A stretch of DNA of 60,250 nt, the filler included, from Sphacelaria rigidula (taxonomy: Eukaryota): NCBI GenBank assembly GCA_964200075.2. It is 6 parts of 6 records of this genome, joined end to end, with 100 filler letters (N's around TTAATTAATTAA, not from the genome) between each part and the next. Parts side by side here need not be neighbours in the genome. Positions count along the whole stretch, not along the records: positions 30,177 to 40,134 come from CAXNAA020007418.1; positions 40,235 to 50,192 come from CAXNAA020007419.1; positions 50,293 to 60,250 come from CAXNAA020007420.1; 3 more parts are not named here. The stretch is one strand, 5' to 3'. The notes beneath the pieces are model-generated. The model worked only from the letters and a program-made list of their open reading frames with translations. It did no database searches and was not told where the DNA came from. Within the stretch, counting starts at the first letter, position 1. Each line of letters starts with the position of its first letter. Of the stretch, positions 37,600 to 51,147 are shown piece after piece. A program made the translations under genes and the position numbers.

Positions 37600-38960
37600 G
37601 ATACACCGATGCATCATCAACCGCTCTGCTCCATACCCGATGCCTTACTACTCAGAAGCAGTCTCGGTGGCCGATGTCAGCTACGCGGAGATCATCGATC
37701 TGGATTCGACTCTATCGCCCGACGCCGGTGAGACCACATCACTCCCTGACACGACCTCGTTCACGGATGCGAGTATGGCTTCCTTGCGCGTCCAGATTGT
37801 TACACCGATTACGGCGACTAACCGGGGTGAATCATTCGGCACTAGCGCCGACATCACCGTCACCGATCGCACTCTTCTTTCCTTCGGTATTACCACCGAC
37901 ACTGCGTTCTCTTCGTCTGGTTCGTCAGTCTCCAACACCCTTGACGAAGCACGCGATGGGCATGTTAACGACGGCATCCAGGCAGTCTATTATAGGGCAG
38001 CTTGCTCGACAATGACATCTGCACCGCCGACGGCGGGACCATGGGCGATGACGATCCTCCCGCCGTCCCCGGCATCAACACCGACAACGCCTATCCGTCG
38101 TCTGCATCCACTTCGCCGGCCCTCCACACGCCCACTATAGACGACCGTGACCCCGGCACCAAGCCGAGCGCGACGGCGCCGCCTGGCTGCAACGGGCGAT
38201 GAGGACTCGATCACGATTGAGCCCAAGGATATCACGAGGACTTCGGAGACTTCGCCGACTGGCTTCGATGGCGTTGAACTCTCTTGCGAAGGCCCGGACG
38301 TCGCTGATGGCATAATGATCGCCAACACGACGGAGCAATGCTGGGGAGATGCCAACCAAGTCGAGAGTTATTTACAACAGCACCAGCTGTGATGGAAAGC
38401 GACGATGGCAACGAGAAGCGGGTCGGTATCGAGGATGATGGTGGGACAGCGCGCAGCCGACGAGCCTTGGCAGCGACAGCGGCGACCAATTAACATACTC
38501 CGACACCAGCAACAGCAGCGACCGGGTGACAGACTTCGAGAGCGATGGCGGCGACCAATCGATGGAAGCCAACAGCGGTGAATACGACAAGACCAGGAGC
38601 ACACCGGAAAAAGACCATGGTAGTGCGGCGCAGAGTGGATTTTCCCATGGCACCGCCAAGGCGGAAGGCGAGTGGTCCAGCGACGGTGGGCAGTCGTCGG
38701 GAAAGTTAGGAGCAGGCGATGTCCGCTTTGCATGGCGAGACGCGCCTGAGGTCATTATCGAGGAGGTGAGCATGGTGCCGCTGTCTTGCATCCTTTTCAT
38801 CATATCATGGGCCAGTGTTTTGTTTTTTATGGCTATGTCCTTCGTGTCTTCGGCGTCGGTGGTTTCTGTATGTGAGAAATCGCTAATTATCGCTGAAAGT
38901 CGTGGGCAAACGTGCCATGAAATTTTCTTGCTTCTACTCAGCAATAGCACAGATGTATAG
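37600..38960 (+). pseudogene. Frameshifted S/T/D-rich protein with a C-terminal hydrophobic (TM-like) segment
   Basis: Protein-like text hops between frames at about 38003, 38193, 38390 and 38460 without splice signals; ends with VPLSCILFIISWASVLFFMAMSFV. Confidence 0.45.
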
Positions 38961-39159
38961 ATTTTATGCGTGTTTGAGAGACGGTTTCCACGACGCGAGC
39001 GACGTGTGATCGCCCCTCCGTTATTTTAGCTGTTGTACCGCAAATCGATATAACTATTGACGACGGAAACGAACGGCAGAACCCTTGTCACGATAAAAAG
39101 AAGGGCGAGGGCCGCAGAAGGAAGGTATGGTACTGGAGAAAACAAAAGAGACTCTTGTG

Positions 39160-39220
39160 TGACCTTCCTCCTGTGTGACACCGGCTGGTGCGCTCACATA
39201 GACCTGAAGGTGTAGGTAAG
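39160..39220 (+). mobile_element. Diverged SINE 3' fragment
   Basis: TCCTCCTGTGTGACACCGGCTGGTGCGCTCACATAGACCTGAAGGTGTAG. Confidence 0.6.
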
Positions 39221-40134
39221 TACAATGAAAAGGATGAAAACCCACACGTGGCAATATATATACGAGCTAGGCCGGCCTACACACGGATGTGTACGTGAGT
39301 CTGGATTTAGCAGCCTAATTTCAATAACTGCGCCCTGCAATTCGGTATGGAATATTCTAGGGGCATTACGAATACAAGCATTCTAGGTCATTTGATTCGT
39401 GCTCATGAGTCAAGGGCAAATCACAGGATGATTTTTTCATAGAAACGCTCTAAAATCGTGATGGGCTGTGAACTGGCTGCTCTGGTCAGTTAAGTTTAAA
39501 CTGGCCGCGCCAGCGGCCAGTACATCGATTGTTTTCCACTTAATCGGCGAAGCCGCTCGCCGCCAACGGCGCCCCCGGGCTGGTGAGGGGGGCCCGCGGG
39601 AGCGCCGCCGTAGGCGAGAAAAATTACGGTATATTTGGCTTGTTTCTCCTTCCAGAATGTGGAGAAATGTCGAAAATGTGACCCCTCACATTGAGGAGCT
39701 TAAAGTCTTGGGTGACAGAGAAGTGCCCGGCGATCGCAGGATTTTGCTTTTCCTCACATTAAGAAACACCCAATAAATAGCCATTTGGGGGCGACTTGGG
39801 TGAGGTAGCGCCCATGATTGTTGGCCCTATCTGCCATCACACGATGCGACGCACATTGGGCGCAAATTGACGGTGCAGATAGTTGCGTCTAGCTTGATTG
39901 AGCAAGCATTGCAGAGCATTGTGGTATTTGTCTGGTCTTGTTCTTGTCGTGGGAGTGTGATGTTGTGATGTGCAATGTATTGCCGAAACCTATAAATATA
40001 ACTTGGCCTTACTTGGCTCCGAAGGTATGCGAAAAAGTAAACTCCATGAACACGAATTTATTTTTTCATGTACTATTTAGTTTATTTTATTTCTTTATAT
40101 ATTTTATTTTTTTATTTTTCATCCTTTTAAATTA

Positions 40135-40234
40135 NNNNNNNNNNNNNNNNNNNNNNNNNNNNNNNNNNNNNNNNNNNNTTAATTAATTAANNNNNNNNNN
40201 NNNNNNNNNNNNNNNNNNNNNNNNNNNNNNNNNN
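40135..40234. other. Artificial contig linker
   Basis: N44-TTAATTAATTAA-N44. Confidence 0.98.
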
Positions 40235-40527
40235 CCCCCCCTCCCCGCCACCCCTGCCCCTGGGCGGACCCGCTCCAGGGTATTGCAAGAGACTGCTGCT
40301 CGCGTGCGACTTAGCTTCGCATGTCACCAAGGGGACAGCCAGAAAACTCTCGATTTGTCAACTTCAGCCATATATTGCATGAAGTTTTGCGGGTACGGTA
40401 CATGTTGAACCTCGCAATGAAGTACCCTTCGTTTAGAGTCTAGAACGTGTTGACACAATTGCCATGTTTCCACGATTACGCTCAGTGTCTTGTTTCGCCT
40501 TAGTTTTCTTGTTTTCAATGTTCAATA

Positions 40528-41868
40528 CTGTAGGGGGCCCGATATAGTGCGGGTATGTGCCGGTATGTGCCACGAGGTAAAACCCGCACTGTAGCGGGCA
40601 CGCACACTATAAAAAATTGGGCCCGAATAGTGCGGGAAGGCGCACTATTGACAATATCACTCGTTGAGAGCATAGGAAACAGCCAACAGCAAGGTGTATG
40701 TACGCAAACAAGGTTTTGAATCCAGTGTCTGTTCGTGGTGAGAACAGGACAGCATGTCGCAACGGTTCATCCGCATACTGAACGTGAGTAAAGTTATACG
40801 AGTATTATGTCGAGTGGCCAGTCGCCCCGGTGGCTCAGTTGGTAACCTCGTAACATTCTGATGGTTGAGTAGGGGGGTCCGATTCCCGGAGCGATCTGGA
40901 ATCCTTTCTCACACCATGCTCAACAGTGGAGAGCGACTATGTCGTTGGTACACAAAATTCGACGTAACGGTTGACGAGGGAAAAGGACTGCTGATCTCTC
41001 GTTATAGACAATAAAGGCAAGCACCGCAGAAAGAAGGTGGGGTGATGGAACAAATAATTGAGAAAAAGCTCCTGTGTGACCCCATCTGATGCGCCCACAT
41101 ATACCGAAAGGTGTAGACTGGTGCCCAAAATGAATGGGACGACAACACACACTGTACAGTACTTCGTTTATGACATGTTCGCACGCTGGGCGTACCATCT
41201 GGCTGCGTGTGCAACGTCCCATGGTTGTTTTAGTCTGCTTTCGCATCCACTTCTTGACTACGAAAATAATCACAGGAATTCACCATATAGTTCGAGCTAA
41301 ACACAAAACCTAAACCTGCCAAACGGAACGCCATCTTCAACACGAGCCAGACACCTTCGGGGGAAAAAACCCGGCAAGCAACAAGGATCCATCCCGAAAA
41401 TCCCTGCTTGTTGCACACTCTACCTCTGTTGCACCAATGAAACGTCACCAAGGTCGGCTTGAATGCACGAAGAAAAATGCGCCAATTCTCAACTAATCGA
41501 CCCATTCACCAAACGCGGAAGTCAGGCACCCGCTAGACCCGGCCAAAAAAACATGAGTAACTTCTGTGCGTTCGGCAAATCGCAAATCGCTCTACGCGTC
41601 AAGATTCTGTACCTGTACTCCGTACTTCACGTGGTTGTGTGTGATTTATGCGTGTGTGCGTGTTGGTTTGACCGGATATAGGGCGGGGGTGACGTCAAAC
41701 CCGCACCGTAGAGGGTATTAGGGTGGACCAAACCCACACTGTGGATGGGGTGCCGCCAATAGTGCGGCACGCGCACTATAGGGGGATCTAAGTTATGCCA
41801 AGCGATTTCACCTGCGTTTTATCGGGCACGCGCACTATATAACCCGCACTATATCGGGCCCCCTACTG
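40528..41868. mobile_element. Non-autonomous Tc1/mariner(pogo)-like element with TA TSD
   Basis: TA|CTGTAGGGGGCCCGATATAGTGCGGGT ... ACCCGCACTATATCGGGCCCCCTACTG|TA (1 mismatch); subterminal CGCACTAT/ATAGTGCG repeats. Confidence 0.85.
40814..41151 (+). mobile_element. tRNA-derived SINE nested in the Tc1-like element
   Basis: GTGGCCAGTCGCCCCGGTGGCTCAGTTGG (A box), GGTCCGATTCC (B-box-like), body colinear with the 57925 copy, ACAACACACAC tail. Confidence 0.8.
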
Positions 41869-42351
41869 TACACTGAGGCGTACACGAAAAAGCGTGACCC
41901 CGATGTCGTCGATTCAGCTTCTGGTGAGTCAATTGTTTTTGCAACGACCCATTTTGTCGTGGACTGGAGAGGCCGTTTAACTTGCAAATGAGTATGGGTT
42001 GGGTCATCACGCACCTTCTTCCCCACTTTCGAGTAGATGTGTGTTATGTCCTATGATGTGTCGGTTGTTTTCCAGGAGATGTCGAACTTATTTTTACCCC
42101 CTATGCATGCATGCTGCACTTTGGCCCTCGAAAACACTGTCAAAAATGTCATATTTCGGGCTATTACACTCGTACTTGCTCCTCAATCCATGTACGTGTG
42201 CTTGTATCCGTCACGTGGAACCTTCTCCTCCCCCCCCTCTTCTCCCTCCCTTTGTGCTTGTTCTTCATCAATACCATGCAATTTTATCAATCCCGCAAAA
42301 CCTCGTCCTCTCCCCCCCCCCCTCCCTCTTTGCATTCTGATGTTACTGCAG

Positions 42352-42501
42352 GCCAGACGTACGGGCTCTGCTTCTCCCCTGGGGCTGATCTTCGATCACG
42401 GCTGCGACGCCATTAATTGCTGCTTCGGCGTGGTGTTCGTGGGTGCCATTGTTGATGCCGGTTCCAATCTGCCTCTCCTTTGCGCCATATTCCTGAATCA
42501 G
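42352..42501 (+). CDS. Choline/ethanolamine phosphotransferase (CDP-alcohol phosphatidyltransferase, AAPT/CEPT family), exon
   Basis: ARRTGSASPLGLIFDHGCDA matches the ARxxxxxSxxGxxxDxxxD signature; CAG/GT splice sites. Confidence 0.9.
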
Positions 42502-43125
42502 GTGCCAGCTTTGTGATGATGGTGATGTCAAATGCTTCCTCCCTTCTCCTCCCTTGCGAGCTCGTGTGTGTTTTGTGTCGTACCGTTTCTTCTTTGTTTT
42601 TGTCGTTATTAAGGCGACCATGAACTACGGTTGGAGCATATTCAGTATATTTTGTGACTATAGTACAATGGGTGGATATGTAGATCACCCCCTGACCGAT
42701 AGATTGCAGTGTCACGAAGTGTACCGCGGACAGTATCGAATATTGCGTCTAATGCGATAGGCGCTAGATTTCCATGCTGTACGCAAAATATTTTTTTTAC
42801 GCATGTTTTTTTTTTCAGGGTGTGATATATTTGTGTCATGTATTTTCATAACTATTGCGCTGTGTTCGCTTCTTGGGATATGCGCTGTTTTGGCGTCAAA
42901 AGTCGACGGGACGGGCTCATGTCTGTTGACATTTTTCAAGATGTTCATTTTGGAACAAGCGACGAGAGATGGTCCCGGTAGAGGTCTTTCACTCGTTTTG
43001 TATTGTTTATTTTTCGCAGTCTTTGGCGGAGCGTTTATTTTGCATGTTGAGAGCATGATTGCCTTCGTGAAATATTTGCTCATGGCACCTCTACAAACAG
43101 CGCAATTTACTTCATTATTTTCATT

Positions 43126-43178
<53 letters not shown>

Positions 43179-43248
43179 CTCCTCTCTCCTCTCTCTCGTT
43201 GTCTGTCGTCATCATCTGCATGCGCCCAATGTGTTGATGTTGATGCAG

Positions 43249-43332
43249 GTGGTGCCGTTCTTTTTCACGACTTGGGAGCATTATTACACGGACCAGCTGA
43301 TCTTGCCAATCGTCAACGGTCCTTCGGAGGGG
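43249..43332 (+). CDS. AAPT/CEPT exon
   Basis: VVPFFFTTWEHYYTDQLILPIVNGPSEG, the conserved WExYxT...NGPxEG motif; GTAAGT donor. Confidence 0.9.
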
Positions 43333-43777
43333 GTAAGTAAAAAGCGAGCAATAAAGTCAATCGTTACCTACCGCTCTGAAGGAGAATAAAGATGTGCCAC
43401 TCTTTGTGAGAAGGTGATACAGTCCTCGACCCTCGACAAAACGCTCGGGGTAAGTTTACTCCTGATGTCAAAATTTGTGCGTGGTATCCACGAATACACA
43501 GCAAATTGTGTTCGTCTTATAGCGCACAAAAACGCACATATATTTTGACGCTTTTCCAGCTTCGGATGGATGGACTAACTCCCTTAGTACTTTTGGTGCA
43601 CTGAGAATCATAGTGCGATCGAGGTAAACGCACACTAGAGCATGAAACGTATTGGGGTGAAAAACAAACATTGCCGGTGTTGTCAAGCGGGGAGAAGGGG
43701 GCAGAGAGACAGACAGCAACTCAGTGACGGTGGTACAGTCGCACACCGGTGGAACGTTTCAGGCCGGTTTTAGTTAA

Positions 43778-43983
43778 CCCTTAGACAGCGAGAGCAGGTG
43801 ATGAGTCAGTCCATTGACATCACTTTCATTTAGAAAAAATATTCATGATTCAGATGGACTACCCTCGCGGTCTAGGGGTTGACCCCTTGACCGCGGCGGT
43901 AAGCCACCTGCTGAATCGGCATCAGTATTTACTTGAAGAGGTATGCGTGATCTAGATGGACTACCCGCATCGCGATCTAAGGG
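43778..43983. mobile_element. Tandem dimer of 101-bp piggyBac-like miniature elements
   Basis: TTAA-[CCCTTAGACAGCG..CGCGGTCTAGGGG]-TTGA-[CCCCTTGACCGCG..CGCGATCTAAGGG]-TTGA; units 43778-43878 and 43883-43983. Confidence 0.7.
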
Positions 43984-46900
43984 TTGAAGTTGCTATTGTA
44001 GTTACGTCCTTTGGGGATCGGGCAACCACCAACCAGGGGGTGGGGACTCCGTCTGAACGCAAGGTCCACTTGTGAATCGAAATACAATTTTCAGGTGAAA
44101 ATGATGCCAATTCACAATATCAATATAACAAGCCCTCACCGTCTCAAGTCCACTCGGGTCCCAGAATATTCACTCTAAATACGTCGACCGGCAATAGTTG
44201 CCACAGGCCTATACTTCACGCAGTACATTTTTGTCTGACTGTTGACCATATCTTGTCTAGGATGTGATGAAATCATAAAATTAATTTGCGGAGTTCGGGA
44301 ATGAGGACATTGGGGGAGGGTTGGTGTTGCTGTGCTTTGTGTGCCACTAGTGCCCCACGAAACCTTTTTTTTACTCCAGTGCCTTTTTTTTTTGCGGTTA
44401 CCGTTTGTCACAAATTTCCACAAGACGCGTCATAACTTATGATTTACTCTCTAATCGCAGGCTTTGTGCACAAACCGTAACGTTTTGTGACTGGACCGAA
44501 GTTAGTGTACCCCTTTGATAGGGAAATTCCTCGAAAGTTCATGATTTCGAATTACTGTAACCCTAGCCCTACAGTACCTCATATTCAAAGTAGGACATTT
44601 GATCATTTGATCATGTCTTCCTAATTGACGATTTTCCCAGGTTCTTTCGCTTGCCACCGCTCATCACATCGTGGATCTGAATTACTTGTATCCGCTCCAT
44701 ATTTCAAGAAGGAAAAATCATCTGTTGAATCATTGAGTGGCTTACCAGCTTACCGGTCATCGGGGGTCCTGCCACTTTCCAGCCCAAATTCCGACTCCTC
44801 AGTATTTTCTGTCGATCGCGCTTGTCCCAGTCGAATTTGTGAAATAATGAAAAGGTTTATTTCTTCAATTCCACCTACTCACTGCACTCGAGCCGAAAAA
44901 CTGTGTTTCACGGTTAAAAACATCCTTATGATGAACAAGGTATCCACTACTCGTATCGCCCGATAACATTAACCAACACTAACTTGGGCATTGTGTTTTG
45001 AGGACGATCGGTTTATTGTACCGAAAGCTACTGACGCCAGAACTGTCGGGTTCCATCGAAGAGCAGTATGCGAGAAAAAACAAAACAACACAACCCGTGC
45101 CACTTTGAACGTGAGTTGCTATTAATCCTAACCCTCACGCCAACGAAGGCATGCCGAGAACCCTCGGGCAAGTAGGGTGCAAAATGTTCTCTGGACAAAG
45201 TGTGCGTTGCGAGACATCAGTTTATACATAAACGCGTTCTCTGCGCACGCAAGGAACATGCTCCCATTGAAAATGCGGATTTCGGTTTCCGCACTAATAT
45301 AAAACGAAGTAAAAAATTTCCGTACCCATCTATTCAAGTGGTGAAGTCTACTGCGTACGGGCCATACAGGGACCTTTTCTGCCTTATAGGGCGGGCGCAT
45401 GACTGATTTTGGCGAACGGGAAGTATCGACGGCATACATGTAGTTGGAATGTTCCTGCATGACGGGAAATCGTCCCTAGTTTGACGTGCACAACAGCTGG
45501 AAATATACAAAATCGGCTGAAAACGTCCGGAAGGGGATGGGGAGTACTCATGATATTGCATGCCGCAGTCCTCGGGGCATGGGGGGGGGGGGGGGGGGGC
45601 GTAGGTCATGTTGTAGTTGTATGTCGTTATCGTCGAAGTAATGAAAAGACGTGAAGTATGCCTGAGATTTGCTTCGACTCAAGAATTCTGGTATCATGTG
45701 TTGTCCCGTTTCTACGTACGGCAGTGTCTCACTAGAATTACCGCAAATTAAAATGCCTGCAACCGAAAACAAATCGAACTCATTGCGGTATGCACTCGGT
45801 GCATTTTTTTGTCCCCATCAACTCATCAACCACTACATACTATTAATCAGGCTAACCCGAAAATCGACGCTGACGATTATGTTATTATTATCCCCTGCGG
45901 AGCTATCCACCTCTCCCCCTACTGTTACGGTAGAGCTACTCCGCACAGTCACCTATCCACTTTTTGCACCTGGTTCCACCCTTTTTTGAGCGACGGGGCG
46001 GCGGGTGGGAAAGTCGATCGATCCTCTGCGAAGCGCGCTAGTTCGTGCCTACTTCTCCCTAATTGTGCTGCATATACCAGTCGGCCGCTGCTAGATGAGT
46101 GCTACTTGTTGCTGGTGATGGTATCTGTACTCGTGTGTGCAGCAACCTAGCTGCGATGGCCAACTTTTCTACTGGCAGCGGCACTGCAGCTGGGAAACAA
46201 GGGCAGACACCGTACCTTTTTTCTGTCCGTACGTCCCACATTGTCAGAATTCGTGAACCCCTACGCAAACACCGCTTTCATACCGAACGCTACATTTATG
46301 GAGCCCCACAGCATCCGAGCCTAATCTCGGTCGGAAGCCCCGTCCCTGACCGACCGTGGTTCAAGCGGTCCGTTGGTATCGGGACTGTTACACTCGTTTA
46401 AACCAACTTGGTGAATGAAGATTTATTTACCCCGAAAATTAGGAGCGGAGGGGGGTCATGGTGCCCGAGAAACGAGGTGCGGCGACCTTTCAATAGTGTG
46501 TGGTGTGCGTGTTGCGTTATGTATGCCTTGCACGTAGTTTAGCAGTAAGTACAGGATAGCAAATTTGTCGGTCCCTCGGTGTAAGAATCAAGCGACCCCC
46601 GCTCGATGAGACAACTATTTGTCCGAGAAATGCAAGCGTGGCGAACGAAAAACAAAAGAACTGAGGGCACGGGAAAACGCGAACGTGCCCTGGAGCCGTT
46701 TCGAAGAGAGTAGCCAAACATTCTAAGGTGGCACTCTTTTCGGGCCGAAAACGACGCAGGAGGACGGACCCCAAAGGCATTCAGTTTTTCAGGAGTTTTT
46801 TGGGGAGTTTTTGTCGGGCCATGATGAGCGGCGTCAGGGAGAAATTGTTAATCTCTCGAAGCTTGAAAACTTGCCCTGAAAAGGGGGGACGGATCGGAAG

Positions 46901-47312
46901 ACGAAGAAAGGAAGAGTACGGCGAGGAAGCACACGATTGAGAAAAATAATGTGTGGAATCATCGCTTCTGTCCTCCCCGTTTGTTCTACTAAATATTAAT
47001 TTAATGAGCACTAAGCTTCTTGTGTAGTTGAATACGTTCCCGCGAGCCTTTTGAGTGCGCCATGTAGCTGAACGGTGGAAACCATCGCCGCCGGACAAAA
47101 TGGCGTAGGATCGACCCCTGTTTCAGATGTTTTTCGAAAAATAGGAACGGTGTTCCGTCTCGAAAAGGATGCTTGGTCAAAAGTCGAACGAGTAAGGCGA
47201 GCAACAAATGAGTACGCCCCCCCCCCCCCCCTGCCCTCCCCCCCCCCCACCCCATTTTTTTTATTAAATTAAAAAACCGGTATTTTTTGCGCCATTTGCC
47301 CATCGCCGCGAG

Positions 47313-47430
47313 GTTACTACGGACCGGAATTTTTCTTGGATCCGAATGCACAGCTGAAGGGTTGGCCACTGGGACAGGCTCTAATGGCCTTCTCGCTTGT
47401 TGGAGTGGCACTGACCGTGCTCAAGCAGTT
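47313..47430 (+). CDS. AAPT/CEPT exon
   Basis: GYYGPEFFLDPNAQLKGWPLGQALMAFSLVGVALTVLKQ; GTGAGT donor; GAG acceptor; a small preceding exon was not found. Confidence 0.7.
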
Positions 47431-48244
47431 GTGAGTTTCTCATGTGAACCCCGTCACATCCTGTCTATCCTTCCCCTTCCCCCTCCCGCCGTAGGTGGTT
47501 TGTATTGTCGTATACAGCAACGATGGAGTTGTGTGGCCTTATGTATGTCCTCAGGATTTGTACAGCATAATAGTGTTTGGAATGTGTGCTGAAGTTGTTG
47601 CGTTTTGTGCCATCGATGCCCGCCTTCGACCTTTCTAGTCTGCTTTGATTGATGTATGGATCGTAAGTTATGATACTATGATCCAGAGATGAAACAACTT
47701 TGTCATTTTTGCCCTCCTCCTTTTCGAAGGACGTTCTTGTCAGCCGGTCATTATCCACCCGTTTACCCCTCATGTGCATGCACTTGCTCATTATTAACGT
47801 TACTCTCGACTTGTTTTTCTGGAATGTCTGTGTTCGAGCTGGTTGATCATTAATAGGTTGCTGAATGGCTTGGCTTACGCGTTGGCTCTTGTATCAATAT
47901 GATGTACCCTCATTCTCCATAGATCAGGCGGGATCGGAAGGGCTCCTTGGTACATCGCCTGCATCGAAAAGCCCCTCGTGAAAGAGGCGAGCCTTCCTAA
48001 CCTTCCCTCCTTGTCAGCGATCATTTTTCGGTTCCTCTCTGTACCTGAGCCGTCGCGCCCATGAGTCTTGATGTCTCCTCCATGTCAACATCTCATTTAT
48101 TGTTTTCGTTACGCGTCTAAATTATATATGAGAGCAGTACATGGGTGTGTTGCCATGCGAGTTTTTGCACGCCAACGCCATCCCTCAATCGGGCATCTGA
48201 ACCAGCTCTCGTTTGTGCCCCAACAAATTTCGCACCCCCGGCAG

Positions 48245-48478
48245 TGTCATGGTCATTCTGGCCCGCAGAAAGGCAGAGAGGGCTATGGGGGGGCCGCTGT
48301 TCGACATCTGCGGTTTCCTGATGTTGCTGACGTACGCGGGGGGCTGGGTGTGGTACCGGCCTGAGCTGTTCGAGGCCATTCCGTACACGATGATTTTGCT
48401 GCTGGGATTTTTGCACGTGGATGCCGCCGTACACCTCATGGTGTGCCACGTGTCCAACAGCAAATGTCGGCCCATCAG
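48245..48478 (+). CDS. AAPT/CEPT exon
   Basis: Phase-2 join gives LKQFVMVILARRK...MILLLGFLHVDAAVHLMVCHVS, with TM helices typical of the family. Confidence 0.8.
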
Positions 48479-50192
48479 GTACCTCTTATACCGATCAAGT
48501 GTAGTTCCATTAGAATGAATAGCGTAATATGTGCATGTGTGCAGAACAAGAAAAATGAACAGATGAAGAGAAAAAAAGGTTCAATGTATATATACATATA
48601 TACTTCTTTAGTGTATTGATATTGAAGCCTTTTGCAGAGTCCAAATTGTGTTGACCCGGCAGAGGTACTCACGATGGTGTAGTTGGGTGCCGCCAAAATA
48701 GTCATCGAGGTGCCCATTGCGTAACAAACAAGAAAAACCCGAGTGCTGAACTTTCTGAGGAAAAAGTTGTTCAATTTTTTTGGGACTGGAAAGGGTGCTA
48801 AAATACCATCAGGTGGCCTTTGTGGAAGCCCCACACCATCTAGCATCAAGTTAGAGTGTTGGCGAGGAAGACTACCTTCTTGTGTTTTCGAAGTTTTCCC
48901 CTTCCCTGCAATAGGGAGATCAAAATACCGCTATTTTCGAGCCAAGTGATTAGTTTCGGTCGTTGGACCATTCGGGGTAGCGCGCGAGCAAAAACAAGTC
49001 TCAACCCAAAGAAACTTCGAAGATTCCAAGAAATGCTTTGCCCAAGGCATGATAAAACGCGTAAGTGTACAAGACTTCACCTGACTAAGGCACAGCCCCC
49101 AGGATTCCACGTCATTGTTTTGTTTGCTCTTTTTACGCGATAGCCGAACTGTGGATTTTCGTAATCGAGTGCGGCAGACGTCTCGTCTCATCAATAGCCC
49201 CGACGGGTGGGGTACCCTGAGTTTACCCAGAAAAACGAAATTTCACGAGATGTTGTACATCATATCTTGCCCCTGTCTAGGATGGAAGCAGCATCATCGT
49301 ACGGGTATGGCTTGCATGCTGTTCTGCTGTGAATCATATATGATACATGTACCATGTCAAATAAACGACCACGTTTTCCACGTTTCGACTCGTGGCGAAA
49401 ATGTTGGGGCAAAGTTTTCTCTGTCGAGACTAAGATGACATATTTCGGGGTAATTTTTGGCCCAATATGTTGCATTTCCTCCCGAGCACACAAGCAAAAC
49501 CCCGTGGCAATCGACCTAGCCTGATCCTTTGGAAACACCCTCCCCTGCCGCCCCTGGGCCAGACGTATCAGTATTTCAAGCCCTGACAGAAGAATGAATG
49601 GAAAACAGAAAATACCGACGGTGACCTTCTCCACGGCGGAAGGCCACAGAAGAATCCACCCAGCATACGTCATGCGCGCACCAAAAAAGTCACCCCGGTG
49701 CCGTCGGATTACTCTTGTCCAATGAGGGGCGCAACGGGTCAGGCGTGTTCAACTTTCTGCACACAGCCAGAATTAGCACTGAGTGCCTGAGGTCTACACA
49801 AACAAAAATCGGCACCACCTGTCTATCTTCTATATATTGAGTCCCGTGTAGCACTGGGGCACATTTTTTCACGTGTCTGAAAAACACGCCTCGGGCTTGT
49901 GTTCTGCATGAAAACTGTGAATACTCGATCATATGTTGAAAAAAGACAGCACCTCGAAATCCACACTTGTCCATTGCCAGTACCAAAAGGGTTGATCCCC
50001 CCGTCACGAACACTCTACTGTTTTTTCACAGTACCGAACGTTTTTCTTTCAACGTTATATCACTTGAATAGCTGGAGACGGTTTTACTCCCGAACTTGTC
50101 TTGGACGAATCATACACCTTTTGTTTCTCCCACATCCCCCCCCCCCCCCCCTCTTTTGTCTTCAGAAAGCCTTTTCCGTTCTTGTGTAGGCT

Positions 50193-50292
50193 NNNNNNNN
50201 NNNNNNNNNNNNNNNNNNNNNNNNNNNNNNNNNNNNTTAATTAATTAANNNNNNNNNNNNNNNNNNNNNNNNNNNNNNNNNNNNNNNNNNNN
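50193..50292. other. Artificial contig linker
   Basis: N44-TTAATTAATTAA-N44. Confidence 0.98.
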
Positions 50293-50872
50293 ATGGCATG
50301 CATGATCATGAGTACACCAGTATCTCCTGTACTTGATCTTTCAATGAACCCAACTTTAGCATCCCTAACCCCGTGGTTGAGGTGATACGATACGCCCCAA
50401 GTAACCTAGTTTGCTTATGGAACAGGTGAAGTATGGCCAACAAGCCATGATCGCGACGCCAGGCTGTGATACCCTTCACATTGCCTTGATCAGCGCGATT
50501 TCTTCAATATCATTTACCGAAACTTTCACCTGGAAGTTACTGATCGAATGGGCTTCATCTAATATCTACCGAACGCTTCCCAAAGTCACCTGAAAGAAAA
50601 TATACCAATTATTTCCCCGATTCTCGACTTGCCCCCATCAGTGCATGTAAGCTTTTCCCGCTGATTGCCCCGCAGACGGAGGCATCCCGTCACTGAACGC
50701 CCTCGACTACATCGATTGTCACGTCTACTTTAACTTACGGAACTGTTGGACTTTCAGATCTATCACGTGCTGTGATCGTCACCAAAATCTACTCTTTTTC
50801 CAGTACGCCCTTCACCAGCCACGCTCACGCCCGCTACACGAATGCCCTCATCATGTAAGGGCGTGCCTGAGC

Positions 50873-51013
50873 TCATTATTTTTCGTTCGAAAATGCGCGG
50901 TGGAAAAAGAAAATTCCGATCTGAGAGGTCGCGACTATCGTCATTTGGGTTGAAGTCACGACCTATCCGATCGGAATTTTTGTTCCCACCGCACTTTTCA
51001 TCTCGAAAAATGA
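50873..51013. repeat. Hairpin MITE-like inverted repeat in a UROD intron
   Basis: TTTTTCG..GAAAATGCGCGGTGGAAAAAGAAATTCCGATC pairs with GATCGGAATTTTTGTTCCCACCGCACTTTTC..CGAAAAA; half copy at ~51845-51895. Confidence 0.7.
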
Positions 51014-51147
51014 TCCCCGAAGACACGGCGGAAGTCACTGGGAGAAGGAGCCCGCAGGTAGACTCTCACCTACCGAGCTACTGCACTCTCATGTATTCCA
51101 AACAATTTAACCATGTTGAGTGACCCGTCACCAATACACGCGCGCAC

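Noticed and set aside
50400-50600. Candidate third UROD exon
   Set aside because: I found no frame giving the expected LIGFxGxPWT motif
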